64,000 nucleotides of DNA from Owenia fusiformis (lineage: Eukaryota), in contig CAIIXF020000001.1 in assembly GCA_903813345.2 (NCBI GenBank), positions 24,180,001 to 24,244,000 of the forward strand, written 5' to 3'. Shown in pieces: positions 1 to 12,900 of this stretch (position 1 is the stretch's first letter; every line of letters begins with the position of its first letter). Below the pieces are notes generated by a model. That model saw nothing but the letters and a program-made list of their open reading frames with translations, was not told the origin of the DNA and ran no database searches. Both the position numbers and the translations under genes were made by a program.

Positions 1-3000
1 AAGATAACAGCATCAAATATTAGTGGCAGTACAGTATTTGCATGTGAAATAATTATGATATATTAATATAATAATATAATAATTGATGAAACAATTGCAA
101 TGAACTGTTTTGATAAGCCAAGGCCAGAGCATTGGAATTTGAACTAAAGTTGAGTATAATGTTATTGTATAAATTAAAAAAATAATTATAGAGACTTCTT
201 ACAAAGTTGATCTTCATTCAAATAGCTGAGAATATTTCCCAAAATAGATTGACTAGGCCTTCAAATTTTTTTAATTTCAGTATTACTTTTACTCATACAG
301 TAAAACCTGTCTAATCCAAATGCCACCGTGCAGTTAAAAACATTCAGATTGGGAGGTGTTCGTTATCACAATAGATTATAATCATATCATTGATAATTTA
401 GAGTTTATTCAAAGATGGCAGCAGCATTCTCAGAACAAAACAATCAGAATCTCATTAATCTTTTGTTCACGTTAGTTATTTAAACTTTATATTCATATAT
501 AGATGGCAGTTCTTAAATATATGATAGACACCAATAATTCAACATCATAATTTAACCTTTTCCATTAAATATACCCTGTATCAAGCACAGAAACGTATTT
601 ACACCCTTTACTAAAATGGCAACCCCTGTATCACGCACTTGTTTCTCCTTAAATATATTTACACTAACATTTTGAAGATATCCCAGTAAAATTACACATA
701 ATGCTGTTCCTCAAAGTAGCGTTTTTGGGACTCCTCAGAAGCCCAAAGAACATCACATCAAAATTCTGAAAAATGCATCCCTAATTACAAATATGATGTA
801 ACAGACTAACTCCCTTATCTTGTTCTATTCTTGACTTTGAAAAAAGGTATAGGGCAACAGGGGCTAAACCTAATTTTTCAGAAAGTTCAGAAGTTTTCTT
901 TCAAGAACTGTAAGATTAGATTTGAAGATGTGACTATGATTAGTGATTACTCTTTGCATTAGTTTGACTTCACTTGCTAAAAGGGGGCTTCATCTACAGG
1001 TAATTGAAACTCTCCATTCAGGGTAGATTTATGTACTAGACTATGACAAACTGACAAAATAATACAGCCTATCATTTTGAGATCTAAATTAATATTTTCT
1101 AATATGTTGTACACATTTTTTATCAATCTAAGGCGAAAATGTAACTTTAGAGTTGCTAAAGTAGCAATGTAACCTTTCAGAAATACTGGAATATTTTCAT
1201 TACACAGCATGATTGCGTACATCCTAAATACCTGTTGGAAAAACCTAAGTAGCTGCTCAAGATACACTAGATATACGAAGTGATGATGTTCTCTCAAAGC
1301 TAAAAAGGGAAAGTTTTAAGCATCAAAGAAGTCTGAACGTAACATTTCTGATAAAACTCTAAAAATATGAGGTATAACTCCGAAAGGCTCTCTCAAAAAC
1401 TAAACAATTATTTTGTATTTCACATAGCACTAATTATACAATGTCTTACCATAATTCTGATAATAGTATACTTGCTTATGTTAGCAAGAATCAAGACTGT
1501 GAAAGTACTAGCAGAATGCACATCTCTTAAATGAAGAATATCTAATATTATTATCAAGTTAATGAGTTAATCCCCTGATAGCCATTAAGACATGAATGCA
1601 AGTAAAACATACTCGTACTTCATTAAAGCATGAGAATCTCTAAGCTAACTGGCTGCCTCTCAGCTTATAATAGCAGGCATATAAAACAATTTTAGCATAT
1701 AAGATATGAGGAAAAATTATATTATGAAATCTTATCACTGATGTTATCAAACTCATTAGAATGCTTCCATTTTAGTAATCTATACATTATATAATTGTAA
1801 ACCTAATGAAAAATCTTTCCTCACTGCTTTCTAACAATGTAGTAGTACATGTAGATGCATGAAATGATACACATATTATCACCTAATAATTTAAAAATAT
1901 TATTTTCTTCATATTATTGATGATTTTGGTGTTTTTACTCATTCCAAAATAACAATTAGAAATCGAGAACTCTGCATAGTAACATATCCTAACAAACATA
2001 ATATTTGTGAATCGTATACATGTCACAATGTACTATTTACCATCTACTCTACCCATGACTTCCAGATAAATTCCCGCTATTTTTAAAGTGGTGGCAATCT
2101 TGAAAAATTTTTTTTTTGCGTAAAACTATTCACAGTGATATACATCTTTCTTGAGAATATGAAAAAAATCTGTCAACTAGTATTCAAGTTATCAAGATAC
2201 AGAAATACACCATTCATCTCTCCCTGATTGATACTTGTATAACAATATGTTCCATGCATTGCAATTTATTATAAATCAATATGGCATATCGATTCAAGAC
2301 TTAAAATCTGGACATTATATCTTCAAGAGCAATTCAATCAGTGGTAGTATTCATACCTGACACAAAAGCAAACATTTACTGATTATAAAAAGTTGTTGTT
2401 CTATCGTGTTAAATGAAAAAACAGTCCCAAATTATGAAATGAATGGCTGTTTACATGTGTATTCACCTATCACATTGATGGTAAAGTTCATTTCTGGTCA
2501 ATACATTCTTTATCTAAGCTGAACAACATAGAAGATTTCAGGATTTATGGGGGAGTTTATAACCAAGGTATTCAAGGTATTATTAACAGCACGCAATATG
2601 CAGTTTTTCCAGTTGTTTTTACCAAAATTACCTGTATGTGTTGTTTTGCATTGTGCAATTGTTTAATTTACAAAAACCTAGTGCCTGTATGTTTCCAGGA
2701 TGTTCATTGTGTAGCAGTGTAGCTGACTGCCTCTATTTTTTGAATGAAAAGATGAATGACTTATCTATGCCCAAAATATACAAGTATTTGTCTCTGTCTA
2801 TAATTTGAAGTTTGCTGGCAGTGAAGCACAATCGGTTCCCCTGTTGTTTTCCACAAAAACACTTATTCAATATATCAATTCCATTATAAATAACACGTTA
2901 TCTGCCTTGAAGCTTCTGTTGGAGTTTGCAACTTATGCCTAACCAGTAAAGAGCCTATTACTGATACAATTCTGTCAATATTACTGTGCATAATTGTTAT

Positions 3001-4002
3001 GAACTTGATTGGTATATGGTAACTAGAATAATTCTAACGCATGCCTACTGGCCTAATTAAATAATTCATACCAGACAATTCATAAATTCTTGTTTTAAAA
3101 ACCTACATATTCTTAATCGCTGAATACCTAATAGAGAAAAATAGATGAAACTGAACTAGAACGTCATGTCAAATTGCATTCTTACTTCTCTTCATCTCAT
3201 TATTGATTTTGTTAGTATTATGATCTCCATATAGTTAAACCGACTGCAATTCTTAAGCCAGAGCATGGAAACAGTTATATGTTATTGCATTGATGATTGA
3301 ACAATTAGATTCACCCACTAAATACTTTATCACATTAGTTGGAACATTATGGAACAATCAAATGTCTATCATAACCAAGTTACGTTATATATACTAATGC
3401 TCAAGATGCCCAAAGTAACAGTTTTAAACCTGACTATGTTGTGAATGAATTCTTGTTTGTATTTGGTATAACTATAAAGCATTCATAGAATATATGGATT
3501 ATAGATTATCAAGGTTAGTGCTTTATGGATTTTCCATGTTTCAATGCCTGTGTCAGGATTTTAAGGGCATAATCAATTTTCATATGAATACACGCTAAAC
3601 CTAGTTTTATTGTATGTAGTCTGAATCCAATATTTATGTAGGTTTAGTCACTATCAGCAAATGAGTTAAACATGTACTTCATTTATGTACTCTGATAATG
3701 TTTTGATGATATACAACTTGTAATTTATAGGACCAAAGTAAAATTAATAGAAATTAGTATTCAGTGAAGTAGAGGACCAATGATTGCACTTTATATGACT
3801 GGAATATCTAGGAGATGAAAAGCACAGCTGTTGATCAATAATGATATCATCATGTCATGTAGTATTTTTGAACAATTCCATTCCATTCAATGTAAAATTT
3901 AGTTATTTAGTACAAGTATTTAGCCCATGGACAGATGTAATAAAACATAATGGGACATGACATTATGCACAATTACAATTTTACTAAAATCAACTAACTC
4001 AC

Positions 4003-4179
4003 CTTATAGTTGCTGCAGTTAACCCAACCAACGAGTCCTTCAATGAACTGATCAAAGTCCTCACATGATATTGAACATATGGGGTCCTGCAGGTGTCGTA
4101 CTAGATCCCCATGAACCTGCAGCCTCTTACGGGTGTCTTGAGTAGACACTGATGCCGCAAACTCATCCAAAGTTGCCAT
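4003..4179 (-). CDS. CLASP1: CLIP-associating protein (CLASP), first coding exon (start of TOG1 domain); rest of gene presumably left of the window
   Basis: MATLDEFAASVSTQDTRKRLQVHGDLVRHLQDP...DQFIEGLVGWVNCSNYK resembles the CLASP N-terminus (KRLQVG...WVNSSNYK). ATG 4179 in aggATGg context, donor GTGAGT at 4002, acceptor ttctggcag ending 4261 (exon 4003-4260). Candidate upstream 5'UTR exon has donor GTAAGT at 6364. Confidence 0.85.
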
Positions 4180-4492
4180 CCTGATACTTATATCCAAATT
4201 TTGACTTAGAGTGATTTCTTTCAGCTATAGTTCTATCTATGACTAATTTGATTCGGTTCACTGCCAGAAATTGGTAAAATATATTTGAGATATGCTATAT
4301 GTCATTTCATTGTTGTCTGCTTATGTCAGATGTATTCCTTTCACACAATTTCACGACCTGAAAAATTGCAGATGCTTCAATACAAACATGTAGCATTATC
4401 AAAAACCAGTTGGTGTTTACAAGTTTCACGTTTTCTATATATCAATATCATTAAGAATAGTATGTTTCTTTCAAAACATATTATTGTTCAAG

Positions 4493-4645
4493 CCGCCCGT
4501 AGACAGCTTTTGCCAAGGGGGTTCACTTTTCAAAACACTTCAGGGGGTTTACATTTGACAACTTTTGCCCAAAATCACTTGAAAAATGCTCCAAATGGTC
4601 AAAAAGTGCATGATTATGAAACAATTTCTGGCCAGAAGGGAGTTA
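4493..4645. mobile_element. Decayed copy of a short interspersed MITE family (better copy at 55852-56039)
   Basis: Shares GCCAAGGGGG..TTCACTTTTCA...CCCAAAATCAC.TGAAAA.TGCTC..AATGGT...TGCATGATT.TGAAA..AT with 55852-56039. Confidence 0.6.
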
Positions 4646-5028
4646 ACTTGAACACAAGATGAAAATATAAACGAAAAAAAATCAATCCAAGTTCTCATTT
4701 CATATTTATTTGCTTATGTGGCTGTGATTGCAAAACAAGATGAATAAACAACAACAACAACAAATAGTGACATGTACAGCAAGTACATAATTCCAGATAT
4801 ATGCACTGGTTATCCGCTCGATCATGCTGGTTACCGAAACAGTTAGTTTTGGTAACAAAATGTCGGAACGTCGAAGGTACGATTTTTCTGGAATTTTCGG
4901 TTACTGGCGTAATCAAGTGGATCACCTGTGTATATGAACAACATTGTGATAACTGACAGAACAACAAACACTGTTTAATAACCTCAGCCAAAATCAAGTA
5001 AACTTAGATCCAAAAGCAAATGACCCTG

Positions 5029-5700
5029 TAGTTCAACAAGTTAAACCCAATACCACGGCTTTCATTTATAATCTGAGTGTTCTTGTTGCCGTGGTTGGGT
5101 TTAACTTCCGTGCTATGCTTTCAGTGGTTGCAAATTCTCACTATCAGTTATTAATAAAACGCGCATGAAATTATATGCGCTGCCATAGGCCATCATTAAA
5201 AAATTTTGCATCAAGGGCCGAATAGGCACGGATGTTAAACCTAGGGCGGGCCACAAGAAATGTCAGATAAGAAATAAGGCCCAGACTAGAGTCCATTTCA
5301 CTGCTTCATTTCGTCAGTAGAACGGCAAAAATAAGAAATTGGGAGACCATTGTGCAATAATATATGGAAAAGTATATTCATAATGTACATGAATGACATT
5401 TGTATATCTTGGATTGCTTCTAGTTTGGCTTATAAAGTGTGTGGCCTCTTATATTTGGATGTTTCTCTGCCATGTTATTTTCAATAAGATTAACATGGCT
5501 GAAATTCTTCAAATTACAAGACGGCACAGGCTTATTGCACAAAAAACTAAAAAATCTGAAATATACAAATGTCATTCATGTACATTATGAATATACTTTT
5601 CCATATATTATTGCACAATGGTCTCCCAATTTCTTATTTTTGCCGTTCTACTGACGAAATGAAGCAGTGAAATGGACTCTAGGTTTAACTTGTTGGACTA
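5029..5700. mobile_element. Non-autonomous DNA transposon with TAGT(T/C)CAACAAGTTAAACC TIRs and a 9-bp TSD
   Basis: TSD ATGACCCTG at 5020-5028 and 5701-5709; related to 32265-33115. Confidence 0.8.
5286..5682. mobile_element. Foldback MITE with ~120-bp essentially perfect inverted arms, nested at the right end of the previous element
   Basis: ctag-AGTCCATTTCACTGCTTCATTTCGTCAGTAG...CTACTGACGAAATGAAGCAGTGAAATGGACT-ctag; a partial relative lies at ~8660-8715. Confidence 0.85.
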
Positions 5701-6857
5701 ATGACCCTGGAATGGTACGAAATATGCATGACACCCAACAGCTGATGATATGTGACAAAAGCCATTACTTCTTAAAATGTTATATGAAACCATACAGTAT
5801 CCTGACATTTAACGATTACCTAGAGTAAGAATTGGTGAATTGCCTGACAAGTGATCCCTCAGGTGGAAAAGCAATAGAATTCTAGGGAATGAAGAATTCT
5901 AATGCCAAGACGAAAGTACTGTTTGAGCAAAACATTATCAATCAATTCAATAAACCTGAATACAAATGCTAAAAAGATAACTGAAAAATAAAAGATATTG
6001 GTCCTGCTGTGTTTTCATTCAATTCAAGACGGTCTCTGAAAAAGGATTTTTTCTTTTTTTTTGAAGGTGATCTCATGTATGGTTTGTCAATTTCAGCCAT
6101 ATCAATCAGAGTGAAGATTATTAAAAACATCTTAGATAATTATGCTTCTGTAAAAATATATAAAAAATGTATATATTCTAAGCATGGTGATGCAAACTTA
6201 CCGATATTTAGCAAAACTAGTCGGCGAAATTTTGTACAGTCCTGTCAGCCATCTTTGATCAATTTCAAATTTATGACGTCATGGACAGCAAGTGCGAGCA
6301 ATAAGTTTGCGCAAATATTGATTAGTCTATACCCGCCTAAGAGTTTATGCTGACGTTCACTTACCCTTGAACATATTACATCCCGGATCACATTCGACGT
6401 GCGGACATCAAACCTTTAAATATATTGATATGTATCTTACCGAATTTTAGACATGACATAGACATTTTCATGTTAGATTAATTCTGGACCCGGGATTTTG
6501 AAGAATCGGGCAATGCCATATCATACGGTTCCCTAACCCAAATCTAATCAATATACCAAGCCGAGAATATTCAAGTAATGACTTGACATCAAAACTGCCT
6601 TTCATGTTAGACCTGAACTGTGAATCAATCATATTCCCAGACCCCAGGGGAAGATAGATACTATATTCCCGGGTAAGTTAAGTTCGCACATATAATATGC
6701 AATATTTGAATTATGTGTAAAATCCATCAAAAAGGCATCTGTAATAACATGTTCATAACAAAAGCTATAGTTTAGAACAAATATAACTATCTGTTGAATT
6801 CTAGATGTTAAATTATGCCTTTTAATGACAGTAATTTGATTTTCAATCTTCAATATC

Positions 6858-6909
6858 TCCCGCCAAAATTGTTGCATTCTGGGAGCCCATGTGTTTGTCA
6901 AAATGGCGG
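6858..6909 (+). promoter_or_regulatory. E2F-like site (TCCCGCCAAA) and YY1-like motif (AAAATGGCGG, overlapping the ATG) at the PA2G4 start; part of the CLASP/PA2G4 divergent promoter region
   Basis: Motif matches at 6858-6867 and 6900-6909; function not shown. Confidence 0.45.
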
Positions 6910-9900
6910 ATCACGACTCTGATGATGAAGTGCAAACTATTGCTGAGGATATCGTTGTTACGAAGTACAAGATGGCAGCGAAACTTGTCAATGGTAAAGT
7001 TATTATCTTCTTCAATTTTATGTTATCAATGGAAAAATAGGCTATTGCCGAAGTGCAATTTTTCAGCATAAAAACTTCTTTATTCTCTGAAACCACGTTT
7101 CAAAAATTTCATTTTCATTGTGCAATTCTTGTGTGGTTTCAGCAGCTACACTTACAATGTACAATTGGTGAAAAATAATAAACCATATGTTGAATTTTTT
7201 GATTGGGCAAAAAAGCTAATTATCTTTTTCCATGGCACCATTACGTTTTACATGAGTTTTACTTGGGGTTATTTTAGCCAATGTATTGAGAACATATGGT
7301 CAGTTATCCCGTTCCAGGACTATAGTCCTGTACGGAGCCAATACATTTGCCTGTACGATTACAACTTGGGAGAATTATCTACGCCCCTTCCACTTAAGAA
7401 ACCTACCTCAATGCATTCTAGAACTCAAAATGTAACTTCTAATATATTGGAACCGCCGATTGTCTGGGTTAGTTGGCAGAACGAGGTCTTTTTGTTTCTT
7501 ATGGCTCTTTTGGTCGAAGTTCGATTAAGATGGCGGTTATAACGGAATTTCCCGAACTCTTCCGTAATAGCACGAACTTGGTTTTTCGTTACGTCACTTC
7601 CGTGTAAAATGGATTTGTTTCGGGTAAGAGGGAATTTCGAAAATTTCGGACAATATTTTCAATATTTACTGCCATGTCGACATCCTATGCTCTTAACTGT
7701 ATACCGAATGGTTAAACAATGTTTCTTACCGGAAACAAATCCATTTTACATGGAAGTGAAGTAACGAAAAACCAAGTTCGTGCTATTACGGAAGAGTTCG
7801 GGAAATTCCGTTATAACCGCCATCTTAATCGAACTTCGACCAAAAGAGCCATAAGAAACAAAAAGACCTCGTTCTGCCAACTAACCCAGACAATCGGCGG
7901 TTCCAATATATTAGAAGTTACATTTTGAGTTCTAGAATGCATTGAGGTAGGTTTCTTAAGTGGAAGGGGCGTAGATAATTCTCCCAAGTTGTAATCGTAC
8001 AGGCAAATGTATTGGCTCCGTACAGGACTATAGTCCGGGAACAGGATAAATGGTCAGTCTTGTCCAGTTCCTAAACTATAGTCCTGCGGGCATCCTTATA
8101 TGTTGTGTGTATGATTATAATATGAGAGAATTTGGCATGTGTAACTGCTACAAATAACATACCTGATCATAGATTCCTGAGTATTTCAGATTTTTTTCTG
8201 TAGGAGTTCTAATTTTTATTCTGTGAACCAGTTCATATGGTTGAAATAACGAAATAATGAAATGTTACCATGTGTCTACTTAGCAGTTTGTTCTATGTCA
8301 ACCATCCTGCTAGGTTACATTGTGGAACTCCTCCAAACACGACACTGATGTGGTTTTGAAAAGGGTTTATCAACTTTGAAAATTTAATTTTCTTTGAAAA
8401 TGTGACTTCTAGGTCGGGGAGGTTCCCCATAGACCCCATGTTGTAAAACTACAAAAAGTGAAATATCTTTTCTTGTGTTGGGCAGATAATATTTTCTTTT
8501 ACTGGACATATTTTAATTTGTATAACTATCACATACATAAGGGTAATTTGAAAAGTGAAGCACTAAATCTGCTGCATATTCAAGTTTAAGGGAATTTTGT
8601 TATACCCTGCCATGGCGAAACTGGTAACTACCTACTCGCATCTGAGTAATTGTCTCCTGATTTCTTATTTTTGGGGTTCTACTTGTACTGACGAAATAAA
8701 ACAGTGAAATGGGCTTTACTATTATGGAAGACTTTGGTAAATTCCGTTTAAACTAGCATCTTGATTAGAGCTGGCATCAAATGTCGGAATGGTCGATTGT
8801 CAGTCGAATGCTCTCTGCGACACCCATGTCGACACAACGCCTCTTGATCGACAGTCGGAATTCACAACATAATAAGCTATTTCCCTATGAATTAAAATCT
8901 TTGTTACTACCTGCTGTATGGTGTATTTTAGTTAAGTTTTACCGCCTACATTTTCAAATTTTCTTTTTTGTTTTGATCGACTTGCTGCTCTCGAATTAGG
9001 TCTCGGGGCCCCTCGAGATTTACCCTCGAGATTTATTTTCAATGGCTGCCCGGAAATAACAACAGAAATCGTAGTTTTATGTCTATTTATTGCTTTTTCG
9101 TCAAAGTCTGATACTTAAACATGGTTAACATGTAAGTTAAATATAAAACATACAAGTGAGGATGACTATTGTGCATCGTATTGCTAATTACAAGCCTAGA
9201 AAATCTTAAATTCAGACGGATTTTCTTCAAATTTTTTTCATTTTTCTAATATTATTGGACCCGACAATGTCGATATCGTTGTCGATCGCGAGCTCCGACA
9301 TGTCGACATTAAAATCCTATTCGATGCCAGCTCTAATCTTGATATAAATTCACTCAAAAAATCAAAAAAAAAACTTGTTCTGCCAATAATCTCAGGCAGA
9401 GGATGTTATTTGCATAATGAGGTATGTTATTTCACTGTGCAAGGCATGTCCCAAACTTCGAAATTGTAATATTATAAAGACAGAGTATACTTTAAGTCCC
9501 AGGACTACTAGTCTTGGTGTTGAATAACTTTGTCAAGCATTGAAAAAATACTAATTACTGTATGTATTTCATTTACAGAAATCCTAGAGCAAGTTTCAGC
9601 CAAGTGTGTAGAGGGAGCTAAGGTTTTAGAGCTATGTGAGTTTGGTGACAAGCTCCTAACTGATGGCACAGCCAATGTTTTCAAGAAAGAGAAAGAAATG
9701 AAAAAAGGTAATAGTATAAGCTAGTGTTGTCGCGATTAATCGATACATCGCGATATACATCGCAAAAGCTGATTCTGGCGATGCATCGATGTCTGAAACA
9801 AAACATCGATGTTTTTGAAAAAAATTAATTTGCTAAAAATCACCCTTTCTTATCTTATTTTGACGCAAATCGCTTACCTTTCTCATGTCTTATTTCATTT

Positions 9901-12900
9901 TCCAATGTTTCCTGATATTCTTTCGCTTTAAAACTGTTTTAGCTATTCGAAATGAACCATTAATCTAAAAAAATTACTTTACTTTCATTTCACCTTTCTA
10001 GAAGTTCCCGGATGTACCGGATGTTCGGTATTTTAGTGCATTAGCGTTCGGTATTTCAGTGCACTTTTCTCTGACTTTTTCTCGATGTACATCGCGATGT
10101 GCATCGATGTTTACTACTGAAAATTGCCGATGCATCGATGTACGATTATGGCACATCGCGACAACACTAGTATAAGCATATGAATTTTCACTTCAGGGGT
10201 ACTAAGGTAGACTATATCCTGTAGTCTGAATTTTTTTTGAACTTTGGAATGAAAATATCAGACTATAGCCCACATATATTAAATTTTGGGATTGAGCTAG
10301 CTTTATTCCCATTTGGCAATATGCTGTGTTACTTTTTGTAGCACTTAATTATACCTTAATACTGAAGAATACTTAATAGTGAAGTGAAAATTAATAATTT
10401 TATGCAGAAAATTTCATGTTTTTTTCTATTGGAAGGACATGATGATCAAAAGACCGAATTCTCAAGATATTCAGTCTATTGAATATAGACTAGGTACTTA
10501 GGCAAAGAAACAAAACATAAGGAGAAAGATATGATAGTGCAATAACTGTATAGAAGTGAATATTTTACATCAAATCCATTCATTATAATAGTCAGCGACT
10601 CAACATCAGAATAAACATCAGTGAAGACACATTATTATGCATATTATTAAGTTTATTACTAATATTACACATATGATCTTTTTTCAGGAATTGCGTTTCC
10701 TACCTGCATCTCTGTAAATAACCTCATCTGCCATTTCTCACCTCTCAGGAGTGAACCTGATGTTGTCTTGAAAAATGGTGATGTTGTAAAAATGTAAGTG
10801 ATCAAATCAAGTTGAATGTTAAGTGATCTTTATATTCATCATCTTATTCCAGTACTAGTATTTAATCACGTGTAATTTATATATTGTAAGATTTACACAA
10901 TGTATCAAAAGTATTAATTCTTTTGCAATTCATGTAACTTAAAAACTAACAACCACTTTTCATATTTGATTTCTGTAGATTTAAAAGCTTGAATAATATC
11001 TTGAATGATAATTATTATTATTTTTATTGTGATATTGCAGAGATCTCGGGGCACATATAGATGGCTTTGCAGCTGTTGTAGCACACACACTCGCCGTAGG
11101 TTCATCCAAGGTAATATATGCTTTCATTATGGTTTTATTATCCTTTGAACGAAGGTCGGAGGGATATAGGGAACGCCTCCATCCGTCCGGGCAGTAACTC
11201 AAATACTGTTGGCCTGGTTTTGTTCATATTTTGTACACATATACCCTATGGGGGTAGAAGTTCTGCTCAAAAACCTATTTTCAAAATGGCCGCTTATTTA
11301 AAAATGGTGGCCATTTTAACATGGGGTTGACTATTTACTTAGCATCGGGGTACCATCATGTATGTCACCATGGGGATAGGTACAATATGTAAAACTGTAA
11401 TAGCAATATGTTTTGAATGTAAAAAATGCAGCAAACTCCTCGAGTCGAGGTCTCCAAGGCAAAAAAATTCCTGACCCTATCATATATCTGTTTATTATTC
11501 TGTTTATAACTGATTCAAGAGTGTGGCACTGAACGAACCTATATGCCTATTTGTTATTTGTTTAGTTGTTGGTTGGGTAACATGTTTATGACGTCACAAA
11601 TGATGCGAAGAATCTTTAACCCCGTCAATGCGAGAGCCGATTAAATCGGCTTTGACGTCACATTTGTGTTTGCGAGAGCCGATTAAATCGGCTCTGAAAA
11701 ACCTTTGCTTCAGTGCTAAAGCCGATGAGATCGGCTCTACGTCATCCCCATGTAAACGGGGCTTCCCCTCAATAATTATGTAAGATATGCAGATCTTCAC
11801 AAATAAACATGATATTGTATGTCTAAAACAATAAATATTTCGAAACACTGTGCTTGTTTGTTCATTTTACTCAACTTGATCGAGTTTTTAAAAACAGAAA
11901 AAATAAAAACAAATTTTCAAACAAATATTTGGCGGGAAAAATGGCGGCACTAAATGACGATGGCAGTGATTTTTATTGAGAGCTTATTTGATAGTGATTC
12001 TGATCTCTCTGGTGTCTGAAGCAAGTCAGATGATGATGGGGATATTCCCATACCCTGTAATCAGTGAAGATGCGTCCCTGGACCTCAGCAATCAAAGGAA
12101 AGATTACAATTTGATAAGGTAAACAGCCCGGGAGGACCAGAAAAATTCCAGTCAAGATTTTTTTGAGTTGTGTCAATTATAATCGACATTGTAAGTTATC
12201 AGCTGAATTATTTGAACTGAATTATTTTCATTTAACTATTAGATGAATACTATTATCGAACAAATTTTATTTATAGTGAAAATAGAGCAAATAACATACT
12301 TGGGAAACTAAGTCACATGACTTGATCATGGTGATCATGTGACATTCAAAATGGCGCCATCCAGGTTAAAAATGAACAAATTTGCTCTTCAATATATCGC
12401 ATATTTTTGAGGGATCATTGTCTTTTTGCAATGTAATGACACAGAGAAAGGTACTGTATGTATACCTGATAACAAATATTTATTGATTTTATGATATTTA
12501 TGGCTCTATAGTGTCTAAACCACTAATGAACTGCAGAATTCATGAATATTTTTTCAATTTTATTTTGGATTTTTGATTTTCTTAATGTTTCTTTATCATT
12601 TCATTGTACTATTTCATTGCCATGGACAATGCAATACATATACTAGTATACCGAATACTCCTTTACAATGACGTGTATGGCTATGTACAATATCCATGCA
12701 TCTAGAGCTGATACCAAACTTTTTCAAAGACAAAAATGCAGTTGGGAATTACCGGGGGAATTACCTTCTTCTAAGGCCACTACATGTTATTGTATATCGT
12801 GAGAATTGGCTAGAGACCAACCATGGCCATCTTTACTTTCCAATATTGTCTTAATACATATCCCCTAAAATTTGTATGTTTTACATTTTTCTTCAAAATT

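Noticed and set aside
977-1297. 106-aa ORF and similar short AT-rich ORFs (4285-4662, 4695-4997, 6009-6353, 24549-24875, 39713-40018)
   Set aside because: No recognisable domains or supporting splice structure; several overlap MITEs.
1-4002. U4atac snRNA, which lies in a CLASP1 intron in human
   Set aside because: I could not see a U4atac-like 5' sequence with an Sm site by eye. An Infernal/Rfam scan would be needed to exclude it.
5743-5805. C/D-box-like pair TGATGA...CTGA
   Set aside because: It is antisense to the host CLASP intron, with no terminal stem or recognisable guide; such motifs are frequent by chance.
7120-7928. ORFs 7120-7542 and 7719-7928
   Set aside because: They overlap the foldback element in PA2G4 intron 1 and show no protein-like features.
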